DNA of 32,506 nt from Candidatus Dormiibacterota bacterium (GTDB lineage: Bacteria; Chloroflexota; Dormibacteria; Dormibacterales; Dormibacteraceae): contig DASSLJ010000066.1 of the NCBI GenBank assembly GCA_035689585.1, positions 1-32,506 of the forward strand. Direction: 5' to 3'. Position 1 is the stretch's first letter. Each line of letters starts with the position of its first letter. Under the pieces are notes generated by a model that was not told the origin of the DNA, made no database searches, and saw only the letters and a list, made by a program, of their open reading frames with translations. The translations under genes were made by a program, and so were the position numbers. Positions 1-8,255 of the stretch are shown here, in pieces.

Positions 1-26
1 GACGCGCTCGATCCGCGGATCCGCAG

Positions 27-1787
27 CTAGCGCCCGACCGCGTACGCCTGCCCACCGCGAGGATTGGCGGCAGCCTCCAGCACGCCGGATTCCGGATTGC
101 GTCCGACCACGCATGTGCGTCCGAGCGTCCACGCCTCCGCCTCGACGATCTCGTGACCGCGGCGTAGGAGCTCGTCCAACACGCCGGCCTGCATCGGCTC
201 GGAATGCAGGCGGCCGGGATGCGCGTCGTGCGGCGCGAACGAGCTCGGGAAATGCGACGTGTGGAACATCGGCGCGTCGATCGCGGCCTGGAGGCCGTGC
301 CCGAACAGCGCGTGTGCGAGAAGGAACTCGAGCGTCCACTGGTCCTGCTGATCACCGCCGGGTGTGCCGAATGCGAGGCGCGGCTCACCGTCGAGGAGCG
401 CAAGCGACGGGCTGAGCGTCGTGCGCGGCCGCTTACGGCCTTCGATGCGGTTGGGATGTTCCGGATCGAGGTTGAACATCTGCGCACGCGTGCCCAGGCA
501 GAAACCGAGTCCCTCGATGACGGGCGAGCTCTGCAGCCACCCACCGCTAGGTGTGCAGGCGACGAGGTTGCCGTGGCGGTCGGCGACGGCGATGTGGCAT
601 GTGTCGCCACGTGTGACGCCGACCGATTGTGCGCCGCCGCCGGTCCAGTGACCCGGCGTGATCTGTTGCGCATCACGTTCCGGCAGGTGAGGTGACCGGC
701 CGTTCGGCGAGCCGGGCCGGAGCTCCAGCGACGCGCCATCGCCGACCAGCCGTGCCCGCGCTGCCGCGTACTCGGCTGACAGAAGCGCATCGAGAGGCAC
801 ATCCGCAAAACCGGGATCCGCGTACCACGCCTCTCGATCGGCGAACGCGAGCTTCGCGCACTCGGTGACGAGGTGGACGTGCTCGCTGGAGAGAAAGTCG
901 CGCGCACCGAGGTCCGCTGCTTCGAGCAGCCGAAGCTGCTGCAGGAAGACCGGCCCCTGGCTCCACGGCCCGCACTTCGCGACGGTCCAGCGGCCACGAA
1001 AGTCGCACGTGACCGGTTGCTCATGCCGCGCGGTGAACGCCGCCATGTCGGAGGCGGTGAGCAGACCCGGATGGGCCGACCCCGAGCTGTCCATCATCGG
1101 CGTGCGGCAATGACGCTCGATCGCCTCGGCGACAAAGCCCGAGTAGAAGGCCTTCAGCGCACCTTCGATCTCGGCCTCGCGGGTTTGACCGCCGGCCACC
1201 AGACGGCGATAGGTCGCGGCCAGGTCCGGGTTGCGAAACAGCTGCCATGGGCGCGGAAGCCCATCCGCGAGATAAACGGAGCCCGACGACCGCCAGTGCT
1301 CGCGAAACAGAGGCTCGACCATCTCGATCACCGAGACGATGCGCGGCAGCAGCGGATAGCCCGCCTCTGCGTATCCGATCGCGAACTCGAGGACGTCGCG
1401 CACGCGCATCGTGCCGTGGTCGCGCAGAAGCGTCATCCAGCCTCCGAACGCTCCGGGCACACACGCCGCGACGAGCCCGCTCCCCGGAATGTCGCTCAAA
1501 CCGAGCGCTCGGACCGCAGCGATGCTCGCGCCTGCAGGCGCCGGGCCCTGGCCGCAGATCACCTCGGGTCGCGCTCGCGACGCGTCCCACAGCAGGATCG
1601 GAAGATCTCCGCCGAGTCCGTTGAGATGCGGCTCGACCACTTGCAGGACTAGTCCCCCAGCTACCGCGGCGTCGAACGCGTTGCCGCCGCGCTCGAGGAT
1701 CGCCATGGCGGATTGCGAAGCGAGCCAGTGGGTCGAGCTCACGACGCCGTATGTCCCCTTCAGCTCGGGCCGCGTCGTGAAGTCCAT
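27..1787 (-). CDS. ggt: gamma-glutamyltransferase family Ntn-hydrolase, no obvious signal peptide
   Basis: ORF 27..1874 (-). GGT hallmarks are present: the nucleophile-Thr region TRGDTCHIAVADRHGNLVACTPSGGW and the C-terminal AFGTPGGDQQDQ. Start trimmed to the ATG at 1785-1787 (MDFTTRPELKGTYGVVSS...), 1 nt after the upstream permease stop. The longer N-terminus is Arg/Cys-rich and overlaps the permease gene. Confidence 0.85.
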   Translation of the reverse strand: MDFTTRPELKGTYGVVSSTHWLASQSAMAILERGGNAFDAAVAGGLVLQVVEPHLNGLGGDLPILLWDASRARPEVICGQGPAPAGASIAAVRALGLSDIPGSGLVAACVPGAFGGWMTLLRDHGTMRVRDVLEFAIGYAEAGYPLLPRIVSVIEMVEPLFREHWRSSGSVYLADGLPRPWQLFRNPDLAATYRRLVAGGQTREAEIEGALKAFYSGFVAEAIERHCRTPMMDSSGSAHPGLLTASDMAAFTARHEQPVTCDFRGRWTVAKCGPWSQGPVFLQQLRLLEAADLGARDFLSSEHVHLVTECAKLAFADREAWYADPGFADVPLDALLSAEYAAARARLVGDGASLELRPGSPNGRSPHLPERDAQQITPGHWTGGGAQSVGVTRGDTCHIAVADRHGNLVACTPSGGWLQSSPVIEGLGFCLGTRAQMFNLDPEHPNRIEGRKRPRTTLSPSLALLDGEPRLAFGTPGGDQQDQWTLEFLLAHALFGHGLQAAIDAPMFHTSHFPSSFAPHDAHPGRLHSEPMQAGVLDELLRRGHEIVEAEAWTLGRTCVVGRNPESGVLEAAANPRGGQAYAVGR

Positions 1788-1788
1788 C

Positions 1789-2589
1789 TCAGTACGCCTC
1801 CTGCAGCCCACCGCGCCGCGCCCAACCCTCGAGCACGCGGAAAAGCACATAGCCGCCCAACGCCCATGCCGCACCCACGGCCAGCTCGCCTGCGACCAGG
1901 CCCGCGACCTGGTCGAACGACGCGCCCGCGGCGGCCTCGCGCGCCGCCTGCACGCCGCGCGTCAGGGGCAGCGAGTAAGAGACCACCTGGAGCGCGGCCG
2001 GCAATCGGCTGACTGGAAAGTTGATGCCGCAGACGATGAGCAGGGCGTAGTAGACGATGTTGGCGATGATGATCGCGTCCCGCATCACCAGGCCGATGCT
2101 GCCGAACATCAACCCGAGGCCTGCCGTCGTCACCGAGATCAGGACGATGCAGAACGCAAGCAGCGCGAAGTTGGCTTCGTGCAGGTCCAGCCGGTAGATC
2201 AGGATCGCGACGGTCAGACCGATTGCGACCGTCGCGATGCCGTCGATGACGTTGACGATCGCGCGGCTGAGGAACGTGACGAGGCGGTTGGCCGGAGACG
2301 CGAGCAGGATGGGCAGCGTCCCGTACTGCCGCTCGTTGGCGACGGTTGCGATCACACCGAAGATCCCCGCATTGGCGGTCAGCTGCAGCGCGTTGCCGAG
2401 CGCGAAGTAGAGCGCGTTCTGCCTTCCGGTCGCGTACACGCCGAGCTCGACGAAGAACACGATCTGCGTGACAGGCAGCAGCACCTTGTAGGCGATATAG
2501 CCGCGGATCGACGCCCACTGAAAGAGCGCGACGTACTGCAGGTATGTACCGCGGGCGAAGACCGCGGCTTCGGCCGCGAGGCGCCTCAC
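1789..2589 (-). CDS. ABC-2 type transporter permease (second of two)
   Basis: 266-aa polytopic hydrophobic ORF with an ABC-2-like ER-x2-GTL-x2-L-x2-P loop (NERQYGTLPILLASPAN). The GTG start overlaps the upstream permease stop (GTGA at 2586-2589). Confidence 0.8.
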   Translation of the reverse strand: MRRLAAEAAVFARGTYLQYVALFQWASIRGYIAYKVLLPVTQIVFFVELGVYATGRQNALYFALGNALQLTANAGIFGVIATVANERQYGTLPILLASPANRLVTFLSRAIVNVIDGIATVAIGLTVAILIYRLDLHEANFALLAFCIVLISVTTAGLGLMFGSIGLVMRDAIIIANIVYYALLIVCGINFPVSRLPAALQVVSYSLPLTRGVQAAREAAAGASFDQVAGLVAGELAVGAAWALGGYVLFRVLEGWARRGGLQEAY

Positions 2590-3371
2590 GCCAAAGCCAG
2601 CTGGCCCGACACGCGAGCCTCACGCTCGACCAGCGCGTATAGGAAGTAGCCCCCGATGAGAAAGACGAGGCTCAGCGCGATCGCATAGAGCCACCACGCG
2701 ACGAAGTCATGCGCTCCTTCGGCGGTCGTCGATGCATAAAGCGCGCGGACCGCCCACGTCGGCGCGAGCGCGCCTGCCACGCCCTGGAGCCACGGCACGA
2801 GGATTGCGATCGGGAACATGAACCCGCACAGCACGTAGACGCCGAGCTCGAAGCCGTTGATCATGCTGAACGCCCATCGCCACAGCGCGAACAGCGGTGT
2901 GAGCGCCTGCGCGATGCAGAAGAACGAGAACGTCAGCACCGCGAGGGAGATGACAAACCGTGCCGGGTCGAGGCTCGGCATCACGGCATGGAAGCCGAAG
3001 TACGCGAGAGCTGCAGTGGGAACGAATGAGATCAGGCCGAAGAGGAGCGCTCCGCAGACCTTGCCCAGGATGATCACCCAGAGCGGGGTCGGTGTGCCGA
3101 ACAGCTGCTCCAGGGTTCCATTCCATCGCTCGTCCTGGATGCCGTTGCCGCCGTCGATGTAAGCCACCGACCAGTATCCGATCAATCCTCCGCCGAGGAT
3201 GCCGTACACGAGATGCGAGCCGGATGCGCCTGGCCGGCTGAGGACATACAGCCCGACCGCTGCGAACAGCATTGGAAACACGAGCCAGTTCAGGTATGCC
3301 CAGGGGCTCACGACCTTGAGGCGCACGCTGATCGCGAACGCGCTCCAACCGGCGCGGACGAGCGACCTCAC
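2586..3371 (-). CDS. ABC-2 type transporter permease (first of two)
   Basis: 261-aa polytopic ORF with the same loop motif (DERWNGTLEQLFGTPTP). The GTG start overlaps the ATPase stop (GTGA at 3368-3371). Confidence 0.8.
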   Translation of the reverse strand: MRSLVRAGWSAFAISVRLKVVSPWAYLNWLVFPMLFAAVGLYVLSRPGASGSHLVYGILGGGLIGYWSVAYIDGGNGIQDERWNGTLEQLFGTPTPLWVIILGKVCGALLFGLISFVPTAALAYFGFHAVMPSLDPARFVISLAVLTFSFFCIAQALTPLFALWRWAFSMINGFELGVYVLCGFMFPIAILVPWLQGVAGALAPTWAVRALYASTTAEGAHDFVAWWLYAIALSLVFLIGGYFLYALVEREARVSGQLALA

Positions 3372-4345
3372 GACGACTCACCGATGAGCTGGACGTAGGC
3401 GTCCTCGAGCGTCGGCTCGCGTGAGCTGACCTTCGTCAGAGGCACGCCGTCCAGCACGGTGCTGAGATGCGTGATGACGTCGCCCGGCCGGCTGCACTGC
3501 ACCGTCACAAGCTGGGCGAGCTCACGGTCTTCGACCGCGACCGAGCTGACACCAGGCAGCGTGCGCAGCCCCGCGATGCTGTCGGCCGGCATGCCGACCA
3601 CCTCGAACTCGACCACGCCCTGGTCTTTGACCAGGTTCTTGATGCTGTCCGGCGTGCCCTCGGCGACGATGCCGCCGTCCCTGATCACCGCGATCCGGTC
3701 ACACACGGCGTCGGCTTCGAACATGTAGTGGGTCGTGAGGAAGATCGTCTTCCCCGCGTCGGCGAGCTCGCGCACGATGTTGCGCAGCTCCCTCGCACCG
3801 ACCGGGTCGAGGCCGATGGTCGGCTCGTCGAGGAACAACACGTCCGGGTCGTTGAGCAGACCGCGCGCCAGGTGCAGGCGCTGCTTCATGCCGCGCGAGT
3901 AGAGCTCCACGCGGTCACGCTCGCGCCCTTTCAGCCCGAGCCGCTCGAGAAGCTCCGGTATCCGTTTGCGCGAGATCTCGGGCGGGACGCGGTACAGGTC
4001 GGCGAAATAGCGCAGGTTGTCCAGACCCGATAGGCGCCAGTACAGGCCGCGATCGCCGCCGAAGACGAATCCCATTCGCCGTCTCAGCGCCCACTGGTCT
4101 TTCACCGCATCGAGACCCAGGACGAGCGCTGAGCCCGACGTCGGCAGGAGCAGCGTCGTGAAGATCTTGACCATCGTCGTCTTCCCCGCACCGTTCGGAC
4201 CGAGGAGGCCGAAGAGCTCACCACGCTCGATCTTCAGGTCGATGCCGCGCAGCGCGACGCGCTCGACCTTCTCGCGGCGGAAGACGCCGCGCGTGCTCTT
4301 GTAGGTCTTGCGCAGCTGGCGCGCTTCGATCGCTGGTGAGGCCAT
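3368..4345 (-). CDS. ABC transporter ATP-binding protein
   Basis: Walker A GPNGAGKTT, signature-like YSRGMKQRLHLA, Walker B VLFLDEPTIGLD, H-loop TTHYM. ATG at 4343-4345 lies 13 nt downstream of the tal stop, with AGAGG upstream. Confidence 0.93.
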   Translation of the reverse strand: MASPAIEARQLRKTYKSTRGVFRREKVERVALRGIDLKIERGELFGLLGPNGAGKTTMVKIFTTLLLPTSGSALVLGLDAVKDQWALRRRMGFVFGGDRGLYWRLSGLDNLRYFADLYRVPPEISRKRIPELLERLGLKGRERDRVELYSRGMKQRLHLARGLLNDPDVLFLDEPTIGLDPVGARELRNIVRELADAGKTIFLTTHYMFEADAVCDRIAVIRDGGIVAEGTPDSIKNLVKDQGVVEFEVVGMPADSIAGLRTLPGVSSVAVEDRELAQLVTVQCSRPGDVITHLSTVLDGVPLTKVSSREPTLEDAYVQLIGESS

Positions 4346-4358
4346 TTGGCCTCTAAAT

Positions 4359-5480
4359 CTAGTGAGTCCTGACTTTACTCAGGTGCTGGATCGACTCGCG
4401 GAACGACTTCGCGAACCCTGCGACACCCTCGTCTTCGAGCTCCTGAGTGATCGCGGCCAGGTCGATGCCGTTGGTCGCAAGCTGGTCGAGCAACCGGCGC
4501 GCGCCGTCGACGTCGTGCTGCAGCGTCAGCGCCACGCGGCCGTGGTCCATGAACGCTTCGAGGGTCGTGGTCGGCATCGTGTTCACCGTCGCCGGTCCGA
4601 TCAGCTCGTCGACGTACATCGTGTCGCGGTAGCTCGGGTTCTTGGTCGACGTGCTCGCCCACAGACAGCGCTGCACCGATGCACCCGCCTCGCGCAGGCG
4701 GTCCCACCGATGGCCCGAGTGCAGCTGCGCGAACATCTCGTACGCGAGCTTGGAGTTGGCGATGGCAGCCTTGCCCAGCAGCGACTCCAGCTCTGACTTG
4801 CGCTGGCCCTCCGCCCCGGCGATCTTCCGCGAGAGACGCTCATCGACCTTGGTGTCGACGCGGCTTACGAAAAAGCTCGCGACGCTGCGCACTGCACTGA
4901 CGTCGCCATCGCCGGCGTGCAGCTTCTCCAGCCCGCTGAGGAAAGCCTCCACGACCTTCACATAACGCTCGACCGCAAAGATGAGAGTGACGTTGATATT
5001 CGCGCCTTCGGCGATCATCGCTTCGATCGCGGGAAGACCAGCCGGTGTCGCGGGGATCTTGACCATCACGTTCGGCCGCGCGCATCGCCGGCGAAGATCG
5101 CGCGCGGCTTCGATGGTCTTCTCGGTATCGCCGGCGATCTCCGGCGAGACCTCGATGCTGACGAAGCCGTCGTTTCCATGCTCTCGGTCGAACACCGGAC
5201 GAAATATGTCCGCAGCCGCCTGCACGTCCTCGATCAGAAGGTCCCAGATGATCGCCTCGGCGTTCTGGCCTCGGTCGAATCGCCGCGCGATGTCGCCGGC
5301 GTACGCGTCGGAGCTCTCGAGCGCTTTGGCGAAGATCGTCGGATTGGCGGTGATTCCGCTGACACCGAGATCGCGGTAATGCGCGAGCCGGCCCGAGCGG
5401 ATCATCTCGCGGTCGATCTGGTCGAGCCATACGCTCTGGCCCAGGCGCCGCAGCTCGGAGATGGCGTTGGTCTTGCTCAT
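4359..5480 (-). CDS. tal: transaldolase (long actinobacterial-type, 373 aa)
   Basis: LGQSVWLDQIDR, ITANPTIFAKA, Schiff-base lysine context VMVKIPAT, NINVTLIFA. Full-length ORF with an ATG start. Confidence 0.9.
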   Translation of the reverse strand: MSKTNAISELRRLGQSVWLDQIDREMIRSGRLAHYRDLGVSGITANPTIFAKALESSDAYAGDIARRFDRGQNAEAIIWDLLIEDVQAAADIFRPVFDREHGNDGFVSIEVSPEIAGDTEKTIEAARDLRRRCARPNVMVKIPATPAGLPAIEAMIAEGANINVTLIFAVERYVKVVEAFLSGLEKLHAGDGDVSAVRSVASFFVSRVDTKVDERLSRKIAGAEGQRKSELESLLGKAAIANSKLAYEMFAQLHSGHRWDRLREAGASVQRCLWASTSTKNPSYRDTMYVDELIGPATVNTMPTTTLEAFMDHGRVALTLQHDVDGARRLLDQLATNGIDLAAITQELEDEGVAGFAKSFRESIQHLSKVRTH

Positions 5481-5516
5481 GGTCTACTTCTCACCATAGA
5501 ACGCCTCAGTGACGTC

Positions 5517-5897
5517 ATGCCTCTGGCCGAAACGCTCGGCATGCGCGCGGATGAATACACCGCGGAGCGCGTCGTGCTCTCGCTCGAGTGGGCACCTGGG
5601 CTGTGCACTGCCGGTGGGCTGCTGCACGGCGGTGTGATCATGGCGCTGGCCGATTCCGCCGGCGGCGCATGCGCGCTGCTGAACCTACCCGGCGACGCGA
5701 CCGGGACTTCGACCATCGAGTCGAAGACGAACTTCATCGGCGCCGTGCGTCAAGGCAGGGTCACGGCCACCGCCACACCGCTCCATCGCGGTGGCACGAC
5801 GATCGTCGTCGAGACGTCGCTAACCGATGACGCGGGCAAGCTGGTCGCGAAGGTGACGCAAACGCAGCTCGTGCTGCGCCCACGCCAGGTCCGCTAA
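5517..5897 (+). CDS. PaaI-family hotdog-fold thioesterase
   Basis: C-terminal 126 aa of ORF 4917..5897. Contains GGLLHGGVIMALADSAGG and the ...TIESKTNFIGAV... hotdog core. The in-frame ATG at 5517 was chosen because the upstream part of the ORF is antisense to tal. Confidence 0.8.
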   Translation: MPLAETLGMRADEYTAERVVLSLEWAPGLCTAGGLLHGGVIMALADSAGGACALLNLPGDATGTSTIESKTNFIGAVRQGRVTATATPLHRGGTTIVVETSLTDDAGKLVAKVTQTQLVLRPRQVR

Positions 5898-6691
5898 CGC
5901 TTCTCTTCTAGAGCGCCCTGCGCGCGCCCGGCCGCGGCGACCACCTTTTCGCGGAGCTCCTTCTTCAGCGCTGATGAGTCGAGCGACGCGCTGAGGTGGC
6001 CCGCGACCATCTTCTTCAGGCGTTCGGGAAGCATGCGCTCGAATGTCGTCCGCGCTTCGGCCGGGCCTGCGACGTACAGCTGCATGTACGCGCCCGAGCT
6101 CATCTCGCGCTCCACGGTCTTGACCGCGGCCTCGAGATTGGCCTTGGCCTTGTTCTCGGCCTTGCGCTGGTTGCTCTGCGCCGACGTCCCTCCGGCGCGC
6201 GAATGCCTGATCTCGGTGCCGTTCACCTCGCCCAGCGGGATGATCTCTTCGAGGATCGCGCCGAACGTGCGCGCGTGCTCTTTGTCGACGACGGCGATCA
6301 GCGCGGGCGGATAGTGCTCGAGCTGGCGCAGGACAGGCGCGAGCAGGAGCTCCCCCACCTCGAGCCGCTCGTCCGTCTCGTCGCGCAGCTTCACGAGCTC
6401 GAGCACTCCATGCGGCTCGTCGGCGAATCCGGCGAAGGCGGGACAGCCGGCCGGGCGGACCACCGCGACGTGGTGCCGCAGCCGGCGCATCTCGTACTCC
6501 ATGAGCTCCCGGTCCTTCGGGGCCAGCCGGTCGCTGTAGCGGTGAAGGAGGTCGCGAAACTCGATGTCGTAGAAGCGCGCATCGTAGCCCTCTGAGCGCG
6601 CCGGCAGAAAGATGCTGACGGCACGGCTGGAGGCGCGCCGGAGGCGCGGGGCAAGGACAAAGATCGACAGCAGCGGGCTGTAGTTCGTCAT
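5894..6691 (-). CDS. eRF1/Pelota-fold protein (bacterial baeRF / host-attachment-like), GGQ position reads GGT
   Basis: 265 aa. The segment ALIAVVDKEHARTFG...IRHSRAGGTSAQSNQRKAENKAKANLEAAVKTV...LYVAGPAEARTTFERMLPERLKKMVAGHLS parallels the eRF1 M/C domains (human eRF1 [28 protein letters not shown]...LVLAGSADFKTEL). This assignment comes from motif memory, not a database search. Confidence 0.62.
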   Translation of the reverse strand: MTNYSPLLSIFVLAPRLRRASSRAVSIFLPARSEGYDARFYDIEFRDLLHRYSDRLAPKDRELMEYEMRRLRHHVAVVRPAGCPAFAGFADEPHGVLELVKLRDETDERLEVGELLLAPVLRQLEHYPPALIAVVDKEHARTFGAILEEIIPLGEVNGTEIRHSRAGGTSAQSNQRKAENKAKANLEAAVKTVEREMSSGAYMQLYVAGPAEARTTFERMLPERLKKMVAGHLSASLDSSALKKELREKVVAAAGRAQGALEEKR

Positions 6692-6730
6692 CTCACAATC
6701 TTGAACGGTTCTCGGTACAGTGACCTTCTG

Positions 6731-7057
6731 ATGTACGAGAACGAGACGACAGTAGCGTGGATGGCCATGCCTTATCGGGCTCCCGTCGTGGCCGCGGACG
6801 GGAGCGTGATCGGAAAGGCCGAGTCACTGCTCGGCGACGAGGGTGACGACATCTTCCACGGCATCGTGATCGATCGCAACGGCGACGGCAAGCGTGTCGA
6901 GATCGCGGCGGCACGGATCAAGAAAATCACGGACAAGCACGTCGTGACGGACCTCAGCCCAAGCGACGTGGCCCAGCTTCACCCTTATCGCGAGGAGCAC
7001 TGGTTTCATCTCGGCTGGGGCGGCATGTTCCGCAAGCGTCCGGAATGGAAGGAGTGA
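6731..7057 (+). CDS. PRC-barrel-like (DUF2171-like) small protein
   Basis: ORF 6701..7057. The track start at 6701 is TTG, only 9 nt from the divergent gene. In-frame ATGs lie at 6731, 6761 and 6767. The core VVAADGSVIGKAESLLGDEGDDIFHGIVI...RVEIAAARI resembles PRC-barrel domains. Start is uncertain. Confidence 0.5.
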   Translation: MYENETTVAWMAMPYRAPVVAADGSVIGKAESLLGDEGDDIFHGIVIDRNGDGKRVEIAAARIKKITDKHVVTDLSPSDVAQLHPYREEHWFHLGWGGMFRKRPEWKE

Positions 7058-7065
7058 GCAGCTAA

Positions 7066-7818
7066 CTAGGCGCTGGCGGTCTGCTTGGCCTCGGCCTTGC
7101 GCATGAACTCCATCGCCTGTTCGACGGAAGGCACACTCAAAACGTTCTCGGCCGCGAATGCGCCGGCGTTGCTCCAATCCTTCGCGCGGATGCGCCGAGC
7201 GGCGGCCTCGCGGTCGTAATCGGTCCGGCGAAGGTCGACGTCGGGGCCGAGCATCGCCCAATACGCACCGGGCCGGCCGTACGGCATGCCGACGCTGCCC
7301 GCGTTCACGACCCGATTGCGGTCGATGCTGCGATCGAACTGCATGTGCGTGTGCCCGCAGACGACGACGTTCGCATCCACGCCCGATAGAAGCATGCGCA
7401 TTCGTTCGTCGGAGGTCTCGACCGTGAAGATGTCCGTGTCGTTGTGCGGGCTGGCGTGGCAGAAAAGCACGCGACCAAGTCCGTCCACGCCGTCGACGAT
7501 GACGCTGTCCTCAAAGGACGCTAGAAAGTCACGGTGCCGTCTGGTGATCTGCTTCGCGCACCAATCGCCAAAAGGGCCCGGCATCTCGCTCGGCGGCTTG
7601 CCGTCGTACTCGTCGATCAGCCCGCGGTCGGCATTGCCGCGGACGAAGCGCGCATTTTGGACACTCAGCAATCGCTCGATCGTTTCCGCCGGCATGGGAC
7701 CCGAGGCGACGTCGCCGCAGAACACCATCACGTCGGGCCGCTCTCGGTCAACATCGGCGAGCACGGCCTCGAGCGCAGGCAGGTTGCCGTGGATGTCCGA
7801 GATGGCGGCGACGCGCAT
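7066..7818 (-). CDS. metallophosphoesterase (YfcE/MJ0936-like calcineurin-fold)
   Basis: Motifs SDIHGN, CGDV, RGNAD and CGHTH appear in canonical order. ATG at 7816-7818. Confidence 0.88.
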   Translation of the reverse strand: MRVAAISDIHGNLPALEAVLADVDRERPDVMVFCGDVASGPMPAETIERLLSVQNARFVRGNADRGLIDEYDGKPPSEMPGPFGDWCAKQITRRHRDFLASFEDSVIVDGVDGLGRVLFCHASPHNDTDIFTVETSDERMRMLLSGVDANVVVCGHTHMQFDRSIDRNRVVNAGSVGMPYGRPGAYWAMLGPDVDLRRTDYDREAAARRIRAKDWSNAGAFAAENVLSVPSVEQAMEFMRKAEAKQTASA

Positions 7819-7823
7819 CGCGG

Positions 7824-8027
7824 TCAGTCCTGCATCGATTGGGCGCGGGCGTCGGCGGCGTCGCGGTCGGCAAAAGGCCCGTCGAGCCTTACGCCTTCGG
7901 CGCGACCGTCATCGTCGATCTCGGCGCTGATCACGTACCAGCGTTTGCCGAGGTGCAGCACGCCGTGATGCAGTGCAGCGGTCCAGCTCTTCGGCGTGAT
8001 GCCGACGCGCTGCTCCGAATCCCCCAC
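7824..8027 (-). CDS. hypothetical small acidic protein (67 aa)
   Basis: 3' part of ORF 7824..8450. Strong GC3 bias in this frame. The GTG at 8025-8027 lies 5 nt after the upstream ORF stop (an alternative GTG is at 8057). The stop is 5 nt before the phosphoesterase ATG. I recognise no family. Confidence 0.45.
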   Translation of the reverse strand: MGDSEQRVGITPKSWTAALHHGVLHLGKRWYVISAEIDDDGRAEGVRLDGPFADRDAADARAQSMQD

Positions 8028-8032
8028 CGCCT

Positions 8033-8215
8033 TCAGTCTACGGTCGTTCGCCTCCACGCGCTCACGATCACGCCCAGACCTCCGAACCCCGCGGCGAGGA
8101 CAATGCCGAGAAGCAGGAGCGGGCCGCTGAAGCCGTACCGCGCCGCGCTCAGCGCCACGACGCAGCCGCCTACAAGGAGGCCGAACGCCAGGCTCCAAAG
8201 CCATCGGCGCGGCAT
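8033..8215 (-). CDS. hypothetical small membrane protein (60 aa, two predicted TM helices)
   Basis: MPRRWLWSLAFGLLVGGCVVALSAARYGFSGPLLLLGIVLAAGFGGLGVIVSAWRR. ATG start, high GC3, first gene of a three-gene same-strand string. Confidence 0.5.
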   Translation of the reverse strand: MPRRWLWSLAFGLLVGGCVVALSAARYGFSGPLLLLGIVLAAGFGGLGVIVSAWRRTTVD

Positions 8216-8229
8216 ACAGATACAACGCC

Positions 8230-8239
8230 TGACGCGTCA
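8230..8239. promoter_or_regulatory. perfect 10-bp palindrome TGACGCGTCA in a 40-bp divergent intergenic region
   Basis: Read directly at 8230-8239, between the small membrane ORF start (8215, -) and the nitroreductase start (8256, +). Candidate operator only. Confidence 0.25.
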
Positions 8240-8255
8240 AAAATGGAGCCAAAAA

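Noticed and set aside
1411-2649. 412-aa + strand ORF (and 1760..2623 -) overlapping the ABC-2 permease gene
   Set aside because: The translation is Arg/Ala/Pro/Gly/Asp-rich and low-complexity, with no motifs. It lies antisense or out of frame to a well-supported membrane protein gene. This is a typical shadow ORF of GC-rich DNA.
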